From contig OZ253449.1 in the NCBI GenBank assembly GCA_965261345.1, positions 1,600,001 through 1,664,000 on the forward strand: DNA of 64,000 nucleotides. Reading direction: 5' to 3'. This DNA is from Chloroflexota bacterium (GTDB lineage: Bacteria; Chloroflexota; UBA11872; VXNJ01). The stretch's first letter is position 1; each line of letters starts with the position of its first letter. Of the stretch, positions 1-8,477 are shown piece by piece. The notes under the pieces were generated by a model that saw nothing but the letters and a program-made list of their open reading frames with translations, made no database searches and was not told where the DNA came from. A program made the position numbers and the translations under genes.

Positions 1-582
1 CCGTTGCCGAAAAGGTCAAGGAGGGGTTGCGCGCTACGCGCTTGCAACTGGATCCGCTCTTGCTCCTTAGCGAGATCCGCCAGGCCCAGTCGGCCCTGGC
101 CACATTGGCATCGCCCGAGGAAAGAAGCAAGGTGCAAAAGGATGATCTGTCGCAGTTCCTGGCCAAGCTCTCTCATCTGTGGCGCGAGGGCGATGCAAAT
201 CCGACCCGCCGTCCAAAACGAAAGCGCCGCAGGTGGTGGCGGACTTGCCCCGACCCCCTAGAGCACGTCTGGCCCGCGGCGCTTACCTACCTGCAGGATC
301 ATCCCGACGCCAGCGGCATGCAGATCCTGAAAGTGCTCATGCGTGATCACCCCGACGCCGTCGGGCCCAAGCAGCTGCGGACGTTGCAGCGAAGGCTCAA
401 GCAATGGCGGTCGGTGATGGCCAAAGAGCTTGTATACGGAGTCGTAAACGGTGCTGATGGTGCGGTTGAGAACGCCGAAATCGTAAGTGAAATCGCGCCA
501 ATCGGAGTCAAATAAACGGTCCCAAATTTCGGTTACATTTTTTGGTGAGGCAACGGGCCGGACAAAGTAACTGTCGCGGATC
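1..582 (+). mobile_element. Right part of an ISNCY-type (rve/integrase-core DDE) insertion sequence, copy 1; runs off the window start
   Basis: 1-557 is nearly identical to 39911-40467 (6 SNPs seen). Subterminal repeat GGTTACATTTTTTGGTGAGGCAACGG at 531-556. Outer motif CCGG-N10-TGTCGCGGATC ends at 582, followed by AGCT. Confidence 0.8.
3..515 (+). CDS. C-terminal part of ISNCY-type transposase (partial)
   Basis: Translation matches the C-terminus of 39148..40425 (WRTCPDPLEHVWP...LRTLQRRLKQWR). Confidence 0.85.
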   Translation, partial: VAEKVKEGLRATRLQLDPLLLLSEIRQAQSALATLASPEERSKVQKDDLSQFLAKLSHLWREGDANPTRRPKRKRRRWWRTCPDPLEHVWPAALTYLQDHPDASGMQILKVLMRDHPDAVGPKQLRTLQRRLKQWRSVMAKELVYGVVNGADGAVENAEIVSEIAPIGVK

Positions 583-763
583 AGCTCCTGATCGCCCTTA
601 ACTCGGTGGCCGGCCGCGGCGAGCCCTGGCGGGAGCAGGCGCCCGCGTAGCCGGCCGCGATATCCGGAGCGACCCCGGCGCGGGGAGCACCCGGTTGGCC
701 GGCTCCCCCTCATTGGTACCAGAGGGAATGTGAATAATCTGGTTCCAACGAAAGGGGACTGCA

Positions 764-1042
764 ATGGCGAAGCGAAAGTACTCGCCCGAACAGATCATCA
801 ACAAGCTCCGGGCCATAGAGCTGGGCGTCGCCCAGGGCGACACCGTCGAGCAGAGCTGCCGCAAGGCGGCGATCAACGTCCAGACGTATTACCGCTGGCG
901 CTCCCGCTACGGCGGGATGACGCTCGCCGAGGCCAAGGAGAACAAGCGCCTGCGCGAGGAGAACAAGCGCTTAAAACACGCGGTGGCCGATCTAACGCTC
1001 GACAACCAGATCCTGAAAGAGACGGCCTCGGGAAACTTCTAA
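764..1042 (+). CDS. IS3 transposase OrfA (HTH)
   Basis: MAKRKYSPEQIINKLR...TYYRWRSRYGG...LREENKRLK, typical IS407-group OrfA. Ends in slippery GGGAAAC (1030-1036). Confidence 0.92.
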   Translation: MAKRKYSPEQIINKLRAIELGVAQGDTVEQSCRKAAINVQTYYRWRSRYGGMTLAEAKENKRLREENKRLKHAVADLTLDNQILKETASGNF

Positions 1043-1869
1043 GCCCGGAGCGGCGGCGCAAGTGCGTCGACCACGTCCGGGCCAAGTTCCCGGTGTCTGA
1101 ACGAAGAGCCTGCCGGGTGCTGGGCCAATCGCGCCGCACCCAGCGCTACATCCCAAAACCCGATCCGGAAGAGGACAACCTCACCGCCGAGATCAGGATG
1201 CTTTCCCTCAAGCACCCCCGCTATGGCTACAAGCGCATCACCGCCCTGCTTAAACACTCGGGCTGGAAACTGAACCGCAAACGGGTATTGCGCATCTGGC
1301 GCGCGCAGGGCCTTAAGGTCCCGATCCGAAAGGTCAAGAAGTCGCGCCTCTGGCTGGAGAACGGACGCTCTACGCGGCTTATGGCCGAGCGCCCGAATCA
1401 CGTCTGGGCCTACGACTTTACCTACGAGCGCACCGAGGACGGCAGACCACTGCGGATCCTTACCGTGGTCGATGAGTTCACCCGCGTGGCCTTAGCGGCC
1501 CGGGCGGCCCGATCCTTCCCTGCCCGGGACGTGATCGAGACAATCGCCGACCTCATGCTCATCCACGGGGTCCCCGAGCACATCCGCTCTGACAACGGCC
1601 CCGAATTTACCGCCAAAGCGATAAGGCAATGGCTATCTGGCAACAGCGTCAAGACCGTCTACATAAAGCCCGGAGCGCCCTGGGAGAACGCCTATGCGGA
1701 ATCGTTCATATCCAAGCTCCGCGACGAGCTCCTGGACCGCGAGATATTCTTCACCCTCGAAGAAGCCAGGGTGATGCTGGAGCGCTTCCGGATCGACTAC
1801 AACACCGTGCGCCCGCACTCGGCGCTCGGCTACCTGGCGCCCCTGGAAGCGATCGAGGCGGCGGCGTGA
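1030..1869 (+). CDS. IS3 transposase OrfB (rve DDE), expressed by -1 frameshift
   Basis: RYGYKRI, WAYDF, VVDEFTR, SDNGPEF, PWENAYAESF, YNTVRPHSALGY motifs, in the -1 frame relative to OrfA. Confidence 0.92.
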   Translation, partial: GKLLSPERRRKCVDHVRAKFPVSERRACRVLGQSRRTQRYIPKPDPEEDNLTAEIRMLSLKHPRYGYKRITALLKHSGWKLNRKRVLRIWRAQGLKVPIRKVKKSRLWLENGRSTRLMAERPNHVWAYDFTYERTEDGRPLRILTVVDEFTRVALAARAARSFPARDVIETIADLMLIHGVPEHIRSDNGPEFTAKAIRQWLSGNSVKTVYIKPGAPWENAYAESFISKLRDELLDREIFFTLEEARVMLERFRIDYNTVRPHSALGYLAPLEAIEAAA

Positions 1870-2249
1870 TGGATCAACTTCCGGTTGCAATCCGGCTGCT
1901 GCTGGCCGGCCTCATCGACGGCCCGGCGTCCGTCTTCGTGGGTGCTACGGGCGGCCGCAATATCAGCTTCGCCGCCAGCTCTCCTGCAGGAGAGCTGGCG
2001 GCACCCTCCCACAAGACAATGTCTCAAACCACCTGGTACCAAAACCGGGGACCTGCCACGGTGATCTGAAGCCAATCTGCTTTTTGTCAACGCCGGGCAA
2101 GGCGCCCGGCAAGGTCCCTGGCGAAGCCGTACCCAGCGCATGGGTCTTTGCAGGGTATGCGCCTGGCAAAGGGAGCTGATTTCACTCCTCCCTTATCTCC
2201 CGGACCCTCTCTGATCCCACCCCGGCGGGTTTGACTTTTGACACGGTTG

Positions 2250-2348
2250 CTAATGAGGCAACGGCCCTGTTTCGATTACAAAAACAGTGAGTCAATGCGC
2301 GCGGCAAAAGTAGTTGTCGTCTACCGGCAAAACTGGGTTTCGCCGTTC
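2250..2348 (-). repeat. Isolated ISNCY-type left end (inverted) plus a second outer-terminus motif
   Basis: 2250-2299 is the reverse complement of 38786-38835 with about 4 mismatches. 2323-2348 ACCGGCAAAACTGGGTTTCGCCGTTC matches 40468-40493 with 2 mismatches. Confidence 0.8.
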
Positions 2349-2557
2349 ACCTGTTGACTCATGCAGAACTCGATCGCGGCGACCGGGTCGGAGTAGCCCA
2401 TGGGGAAGTGCCTGTCTTCGTATACCTCGACAAGGTCGACGAGCACATCGAGCTCCTCCCCCTCGGGCGTACTTTCGCGGGCATCCATGAGCGCCGCGAC
2501 CCGCGCAAGGGCAGCTAGGTAGTCGGCTTCAGTGCGGATGGGCTTAACGTTGACCAT
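2321..2557 (-). pseudogene. higA: HigA-type antitoxin, truncated before its C-terminal HTH
   Basis: KPIRTEADY...TPEGEELDVLVDLVEVYE...DPVAAIEF.M N-terminal half. Similarity stops at about 2349, where an IS terminus begins. Confidence 0.75.
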
Positions 2558-2560
2558 TGC

Positions 2561-2854
2561 TTCACCTTCTCGTGCATTGATGCGGTTGTATTAGGCATGT
2601 GTCCCCGTGAAGCGGGCGTACGCTGTCTGGTACCGATAGTTGATCTCAACGATCAGGCGGTATTCGTTTCCTCTGATGTTGAAGACGACCCGGTTGCCGC
2701 CAACGATGTTGGCCTTGGAGAATCTTGCCTCGACCTTCGCCGGCGTGTCCCAGTCCTCGTCCTTGACGGTGCGATTCGATGATCGCAGCGGTTCCTCGGC
2801 CTGCGGGGAGCCGGCGACTATCTCCAGTATCCCCAATTCGTGCATGGCGCGCAC
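2561..2854 (-). pseudogene. higB: HigB toxin pseudogene
   Basis: NRVVFNIRGNEYRLIVEINY...RFTGTHA*YNRINA: a TAA replaces the conserved Glu of THAEY, and the N-terminus is degenerate. Confidence 0.75.
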
Positions 2855-3089
2855 GGATGGGATGGTGGTCGCAGGATCGGCAAAACAATATCATTTTGGC
2901 ATTAGACATAATTGGGCTTAGTTCTAGTGTTTGCCCGTTTCAGGCTGAATCTAGTACGGCCACCGAGCCGATTTGTTGGCGTGGATTGGTCTAAATGGCC
3001 TCGGGTTCTGCGCTGGCGGTCGCCAATCTGCACAGATCGAACGAACCTAACTGATTTAGCATTCGCGGCGAAATCGCCTGAGCGCGTTG

Positions 3090-4475
3090 TTAGCTCTCAG
3101 TTGGCTTGCGGGCTTCGCTGGATGGTCGGGCCGGATTGCCGTACACCGTAACTCCGCTCGGAACATTGCGGGTCACCACCGAACCGGCGCCAATTACCGC
3201 GTCCGCGCCGATTTCGAGCGGCGCTACCAACGAGCAATTGGAACCCACGAAGGCTTTCTCGCCGATCGTGGTGGGATGTTTGTCTATGCCGTCGAAATTG
3301 CAGGTGATGGTGCCGGCGCCGATTATGCAGTCGCGCCCGATGTTGGCATCACCGACGTAACAGAGGTGCCCAATGAGGGTGCCTGGACCGATGTAGGAAT
3401 TCTTGATTTCCACGCAATTGCCAACGTGGGCACTGGAGCCGATATACGTACCTTCGCGCACAAGGGCGTTGGGTCCGATTGACACGTTACTCTCACCGCC
3501 GGCCTGGTTGACCCGCGAGGAAATGATCGAACAGTTGTTTCCAAATTCGCTGTTGAAGATGCTGGAATTCGGGCCGATCTGGCAACTTTCGCCAAAGATC
3601 GACTTGCCGGTGATTTCCACGTTGGGCTCAATTACGGTTCCGGGACCGATTTCGACATCGGGTCCGATCCGTACCGCACCCAGATCGCGGATTCGAACTC
3701 CCTGGGCACAGAGCTTCCGCGCGCGCCGGCGAAAGTAGGCCATTTCGGCTAGCGAAAGTGATTCAAGGTTGTCACAGCCCATGCCCTCGGATAGATCACA
3801 GATTTGCCGGTCCACGATGCGTTGGCCGTTGTCGCTAGCGATTCGAACCAGGTCGGTCAGATATATTTCGCCGCTTTCTGGATCTGGGCCTATCCTCTCG
3901 ATCTGGCCCTGGATCCAGTCGGCGCGCAGGATCATAGCCCCGCAATTTACCTCCCGAATCGCAAGTTGAGCGGGCGTGCAACTTGCGGCTTCGCGAATCT
4001 GGCAAATCTCGCCGTTATGACGGATGATGCGCCCGCGCGATCCAGGTGCTGCGTCGAGGGCGGTGGTAAGTCCGATGACTGCGTTTTGGTGCTCAACGTC
4101 GCCGATTAGATCAGTGATTGACCGCGCAGTCAGAAGCGGATTGTCAACGAAGAGTATCGCGATGAATTCGACTGACTCAAATATGCTCTCCTCGGCTGCC
4201 AACAGCGCGGCCCCGGTTCCGGCCAGGGTTGGATCCTGGATTACGATTTCGTGCGGGAAGTGCTGCTCTCCCAGGCCTGGTTGATCGCCCCGCCGAACGA
4301 CAACGACCTGCCGAGGATCGATTTCAATGCACGTCCTAAACAGGTGCTCGATCATCGCAATCCCGGCCAGGTTGGTGAGCGCCTTGTCGGCGTCTGGGCC
4401 CATCCGGGTTCCCCGGCCGGCAGCTAGGATCACGACCGCCCAATTGGAATTGGCGGGGGTTAGTGGGTAGGGCAT
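3090..4475 (-). CDS. glmU: Bifunctional UDP-GlcNAc pyrophosphorylase / glucosamine-1-P acetyltransferase
   Basis: VILAAGRGTRM, GEIYLTD, hexapeptide repeats, GAGTITCNFDG. Start moved to ATG 4475. Confidence 0.92.
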   Translation of the reverse strand: MPYPLTPANSNWAVVILAAGRGTRMGPDADKALTNLAGIAMIEHLFRTCIEIDPRQVVVVRRGDQPGLGEQHFPHEIVIQDPTLAGTGAALLAAEESIFESVEFIAILFVDNPLLTARSITDLIGDVEHQNAVIGLTTALDAAPGSRGRIIRHNGEICQIREAASCTPAQLAIREVNCGAMILRADWIQGQIERIGPDPESGEIYLTDLVRIASDNGQRIVDRQICDLSEGMGCDNLESLSLAEMAYFRRRARKLCAQGVRIRDLGAVRIGPDVEIGPGTVIEPNVEITGKSIFGESCQIGPNSSIFNSEFGNNCSIISSRVNQAGGESNVSIGPNALVREGTYIGSSAHVGNCVEIKNSYIGPGTLIGHLCYVGDANIGRDCIIGAGTITCNFDGIDKHPTTIGEKAFVGSNCSLVAPLEIGADAVIGAGSVVTRNVPSGVTVYGNPARPSSEARKPTES

Positions 4476-4566
4476 TTGGTGCGTTTGGGGATTGAAATTG
4501 TCTGCAGAACCATGCGGTTGGGACAAATGTCGCAAGACACGAGCCATCTGCTCGATTTGGCCTTAA

Positions 4567-5442
4567 TTATCTGGGCGTGGGCTTGCGAAGTTCGAGGTCT
4601 TCCAATTGCCAGTGGCCACGTGGCCGCCCTAGCCAAGTCCAGTAGCCATTATTGGCCAATTCCTGTTTGACGATCATCGCCGATTGCCGGGATTGGAACA
4701 GTCCAAAGCATGTGGGCCCACTACCGGAGAGCTGGCAAAGTCGGGTACTGGCGGCGAGGATTTCCAAGATCGGTTCAATCGAGGAGCATAAGCGGATAGC
4801 GGTGGCCTGCAGTCCATTGGTCATCAGGTCCCAATCAGGTCGTCCGCGCGTGATTGAATCGGCCAGGGTACGCGTTCGCTCGCCGTCGGAAAATTCGTTT
4901 GCTCTCAACTCAGCGTAGACGCTGGGCGTTGAAAGTTCGAGGTTGGGATTGGCCAACACAATCCACGAATCAGGAGTCGGCAGGGAGCGCGAAATGATCT
5001 CGCCGCGGCCACTGATTAAGGCGCAGCCGCCAGTTAGAAAGAATGTTACATCGGAACCCAGTCGGCGGCAGATTGCAGTCAACTCGATGTGACCGAGACG
5101 GATGCCACTTTCGCGATTAACGGCCAACAATGTGATTGCCGCATCGCTGCTTCCACCGCCCAAGCCGGCGGCCGATGGAATAAATTTTGCTACCCGGGCG
5201 GAAAGTCCAAAGTCGCACTTTGCGCGGCTCTCTAAGTTCCGGATGGCCGCATCGGTTAGCGGGGTGGACGTAAATCTACAGTTCGGCTGACTGTTGGGTT
5301 TGTAATCGGGCGAGTGCGAAATCTCAACCTCATCGCATAAATCGATTGCCTGCATAATCGAAACTATTTCGTGGAATCGGTCGGCGCGGCGCCCAACTAT
5401 TTCTAAGCCGAAATTGATTTTGGCCGGAGCGTGAATTTTCAT
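4567..5442 (-). CDS. ispE: 4-diphosphocytidyl-2-C-methyl-D-erythritol kinase
   Basis: APAKIN, IPSAAGLGGGSSDAA, LGSDV, SGSGPTCF. Confidence 0.93.
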   Translation of the reverse strand: MKIHAPAKINFGLEIVGRRADRFHEIVSIMQAIDLCDEVEISHSPDYKPNSQPNCRFTSTPLTDAAIRNLESRAKCDFGLSARVAKFIPSAAGLGGGSSDAAITLLAVNRESGIRLGHIELTAICRRLGSDVTFFLTGGCALISGRGEIISRSLPTPDSWIVLANPNLELSTPSVYAELRANEFSDGERTRTLADSITRGRPDWDLMTNGLQATAIRLCSSIEPILEILAASTRLCQLSGSGPTCFGLFQSRQSAMIVKQELANNGYWTWLGRPRGHWQLEDLELRKPTPR

Positions 5443-5867
5443 TTGCCGTCCAGACCCAGTGGTGCAGGGTCGATGTTTAATAAATCAAGGGCCTGACGTT
5501 CGAGATTGCGCATCCGATGGGTCGAATCGGATTCGGCGTGGTGGAATCCGAGCGCGTGCAGGGTGCCGTGGACCGCCAGATAGATTAGCTCGCATCGTAG
5601 ATCCCAGCCTCTTATCGCAGCGTCCTCTGCCGCAATCTTCGGGCAGATGGCAATGTCGCCACCCGATGGCGTGCCAAAAGTGAGGATATTGGTTGGACCG
5701 GGCTTACCCTTGAACTCCGCGTGCAGATTGGCGATGTGCGCTGGACCGACAAATCTGATGGTGATTTCCTGACCTTCGACTGCGATGAGTTGCCCGACTG
5801 AATTGATCGCCTTGGCGATGGAATCAGAATCAACCCCGGCCGGAGCATTTTCGACACTTATGTGCAA
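5439..5867 (-). CDS. ybeY: rRNA maturation RNase YbeY
   Basis: GDIAIC, HGTLHALGFHH (H3xH5xH). The ORF-track start lies inside the tRNA, so TTG at 5867 is proposed (uncertain). Confidence 0.82.
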   Translation of the reverse strand: MHISVENAPAGVDSDSIAKAINSVGQLIAVEGQEITIRFVGPAHIANLHAEFKGKPGPTNILTFGTPSGGDIAICPKIAAEDAAIRGWDLRCELIYLAVHGTLHALGFHHAESDSTHRMRNLERQALDLLNIDPAPLGLDGK

Positions 5868-5903
5868 TTGGCGCAGAAGGTATTCGGGATTGGAGCAAAG
5901 ACT

Positions 5904-5978
<75 letters not shown>

Positions 5979-6065
5979 TCGAAAAGGATTATCCGAGCTT
6001 GGCAGAATCCCGGCGTTGGCTTGCGACTGGGGCCGGGTATTTGCCCGCAATTCAGGAATAAAGAA

Positions 6066-6097
6066 TGGGCACCTCCCCTTTAAAGGGGAGGTGCCCA
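6066..6097 (-). terminator. Intrinsic terminator of the acidic secreted protein gene
   Basis: Perfect 32-bp palindrome TGGGCACCTCCCCTTTAAAGGGGAGGTGCCCA, followed on the minus strand by TTCTTTATT. Confidence 0.85.
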
Positions 6098-6146
6098 ATT
6101 TCAACTTGAACGATTTTCCGTTCAGGTCGACACAACGGTTTCCGGA

Positions 6147-7871
6147 CTAATCGTCGTCAGTAACGGCAACGACTGCAATGTCTTTGAGGTCTCCGGCGTT
6201 ATCCGGGTTCGCAGGCGCTTCGGTACCAGTCGCGGTGTCGAAGAGGAAGAGCCAAGTGTTTCGCTCACCCTTGTCTTCGCTGTCATCAGGGAGAATCTTG
6301 ACCGCAAACCGTGCCGCTTTGGAATTGTCTTCACCGGATCCCGCTCCGCGGTCGGCAATTGTCGGTCCCTGGATCGGGTTGGCTTGTCCGTCGCCAAACG
6401 CGGCGAAGTCAACTTTGTTACCCAAGATGTACGATGTCGTCGCCGCGTTGGTCAGAACAAAGATGTGTTCCCCCTCTACTCCGGCATAGAGACCAGCGTC
6501 CAAACCACTTGTAGTCCCTTCGCCCGCATCATTGGTGTCATCAGTCAAGATGATCACTTGCTGCGGCTCTTGATCACTAAAAATGTGAGCGGGAATAGTG
6601 CTCGGCGTCAAGTTTCCGACTTGATCGACATCGTCGTCGGGAGAAGTGTTCTTGCCAAACGTAATCTGCACGCTGTTGCCATCGGCGCTCCCAACGCCAG
6701 CGAAAATGCCGGACGGGAGACTTCGTGCGCCCACGATGTGCAACGTGGTAAGCCCCTTCAATCCTTCGAAATCGCCGGCGACCAGATCTTCGATCGGCTC
6801 GAGATCAAGGTCGTCGTCGTCTATTACTAGTGAAGTGAAGGCGCCTAAGTCGCGCAATGTCAAGTCATCGCACTTGGTGTGGGCACCAAAAGTGGCGTCG
6901 ACACCATCATCATCGGCTTTGTCGAGGATTTCGGCTTCGACATCTTCGCTGCGGTCGCAGACTGACGTAGACGGCGCGTCAGCGTCAAGCACAGTGATGT
7001 CGGCTTTGTCGTTAGCCAATTCGTATCCAGTTGTGGCACCGGTGATGCCAGCGTTGATCTCGATCGTGAAATCCCACTCGTCCGAGTTGTCGTTGTCTTT
7101 GTCAACCGTGAAGGGCAAGTAAAAGATTCGGTTATCGCTTACAGAGTTGATCTCTGTCGGTCGTGATGCGGCAGCACCAGTACCGAACTTGATCAATTGG
7201 AGGTGGCTTCCACTCATGAACTCATTGGTGTCGAAATCTTCGGTGGCATCGCGTCCAGTTATCGTAAATGAGGGTGCAAGGACCGTGGCGTTGGAATCGA
7301 ACGTGAGATCAGGTAACGCGAACGCGATATAGCTGGGGGAACCTTCGGTAACCGTGTATTCGGTGTCCTGGAACCCGGCAACAGGGGAATCAGCGCTCAA
7401 TATCACAGCGGCCGTGGGCGGTATGTTCTTAAAGTCGACATCGTCGATCATGAGCGGGTTGCCCGTCAAGTCAATGTACTTGACAGTCGCCGGGATCGCT
7501 GGGTCATTCGCGCCCACGTTGTTGTCGTTAAGGAACACTTTGAGTTTGTCGGCGTCATCGTCGGATATCGCGAATTCAGTTAGGGAGCGATCATCGTTTG
7601 CGCTCAAATCCCAAGTGTCCTCTTCAAAGTCGGCGGCCGCCAACTGTTCCTCAGTTGCAGGGATGAGAGTGTCGCACTGTTGCGCACTTGCGTCTTGGCG
7701 TTCAAGGAGCATTTCAAGGAGTACCGGCGACAGATCGCACAGCTTTGCGTCCGGCGCAGCGAATGCGGGCCTCGAAGGCGCCAATGCAATGGCGGCAACA
7801 AGTACCGCCAACGCGAACGCCACCAATATTGGTAGGGCGCCCGCCAAAGTAATCCGATTGGAAAGAGTCAA
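6147..7871 (-). CDS. Acidic secreted protein, paralog 1 (Cys cap / degenerate LRR / Calx-beta-like, module x2)
   Basis: GGAGGT RBS before TTG 7871. Signal peptide ending AFA. Motifs IDLTGNPL, GFQ...Y.VTEG, VCDRS..V...I, DFEGLKGLTTL, LPSGIF. Very Asp-rich. Confidence 0.8.
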   Translation of the reverse strand: MTLSNRITLAGALPILVAFALAVLVAAIALAPSRPAFAAPDAKLCDLSPVLLEMLLERQDASAQQCDTLIPATEEQLAAADFEEDTWDLSANDDRSLTEFAISDDDADKLKVFLNDNNVGANDPAIPATVKYIDLTGNPLMIDDVDFKNIPPTAAVILSADSPVAGFQDTEYTVTEGSPSYIAFALPDLTFDSNATVLAPSFTITGRDATEDFDTNEFMSGSHLQLIKFGTGAAASRPTEINSVSDNRIFYLPFTVDKDNDNSDEWDFTIEINAGITGATTGYELANDKADITVLDADAPSTSVCDRSEDVEAEILDKADDDGVDATFGAHTKCDDLTLRDLGAFTSLVIDDDDLDLEPIEDLVAGDFEGLKGLTTLHIVGARSLPSGIFAGVGSADGNSVQITFGKNTSPDDDVDQVGNLTPSTIPAHIFSDQEPQQVIILTDDTNDAGEGTTSGLDAGLYAGVEGEHIFVLTNAATTSYILGNKVDFAAFGDGQANPIQGPTIADRGAGSGEDNSKAARFAVKILPDDSEDKGERNTWLFLFDTATGTEAPANPDNAGDLKDIAVVAVTDDD

Positions 7872-8088
7872 AATGACCTCCAGCTTTTGCGGCACGCCAA
7901 CCCGGGCGGGCCATGTCGGTTTGATTTACACATCCAACAGATCGCAAATTGCGAAACGCTGCAAATGCGCGACTTCTGATGTCGTATATGTTAACCGCGC
8001 CGCAATGGCGGGCGTTATGCGCGCGCTGATATCGGACTTGCGGCGCACCGCGCGGGCCATTCCTCTACGGTTGAATACTGCGAAAACG

Positions 8089-8310
8089 CTAGAACGCGTA
8101 TTCGGAATTTGCGATCCGGGCCGCTTTGATTGTGGCCCTCCTGGCTTTGCGCGCCCTGGCGGCTTGTTTCTTCTTGCGCCGGACACTGGGTTTCTCAAAA
8201 TACTTGCGGCGGCGCGATTCGGTCAGGATCCCGTGTTGTTGCACGCGCTTATTGAACCGGCGCAGCCCGGCTTCGAATGATTCTTTGCTTTCTAGGTTTA
8301 CGTGTGACAT
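8089..8310 (-). CDS. rpsU: 30S ribosomal protein S21
   Basis: ESFEAGLRRFNK...YFEKPSVRRKKK..AR. Confidence 0.92.
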   Translation of the reverse strand: MSHVNLESKESFEAGLRRFNKRVQQHGILTESRRRKYFEKPSVRRKKKQAARARKARRATIKAARIANSEYAF

Positions 8311-8477
8311 TTGGCCTCTCGATTTATCAATTTATTCCTTCGCATGATTAGCTTGTGCAAATTTAAGGATTTGCCGATTCTCCGAAACGCTGGCTCAATT
8401 GCGCCAGCCACGTTCTGTTTGGAACCCGATTCTATGAACGGTCGACGGGGCCGGAATTTGGCACTGGTCGTTCCGCT

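Larger units (their letters stand above)
696..2058 (+). mobile_element. IS3-family element (IS407 group), complete
   Basis: Left IR TGGCCGGCTCCCCCTCATTGGTACCAG vs reverse complement of right end TGGCAGGTCCCCGGTTTTGGTACCAG. TG...CA ends. 4-bp direct repeat CGGT at 692-695 and 2059-2062. Confidence 0.93.
583..2251 (+). mobile_element. 3' remnant of a probable IS110-family element, interrupted by IS3 and truncated by ISNCY copy 1
   Basis: 585-650 reads LLIALNSVAGRGEPWREQAPA*, resembling the IS110 C-terminal (RK)LLxxLNAxxRxGxPW motif. 2231-2251 TTGACTTTTGACACGGTTGCT resembles IS110 right ends (-35-like TTGAC, terminal CT core). Confidence 0.55.

Noticed and set aside
730-1029. N-terminal part of the 379-aa ORF 730..1869
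   Set aside because: It is open-frame run-up overlapping OrfA; OrfB is reached by -1 frameshifting at GGGAAAC.
651-2251. Bridge/seek RNA in the IS110 3' non-coding region
   Set aside because: The region is hairpin-rich, but I found no segment matching the donor end (ACGGTTGCT) and only a 5-nt match to the inferred target. The guide may lie at the left end, outside the window.
2301-2348. Integron attC sites / cassette array around higBA
   Set aside because: No integrase and no RYYYAAC...GTTRRRY boxes. The motifs cut through genes and are better explained as IS termini.
7354-8280. 308-aa plus-strand ORF
   Set aside because: Antisense shadow of paralog 1 and rpsU with no recognisable motifs.
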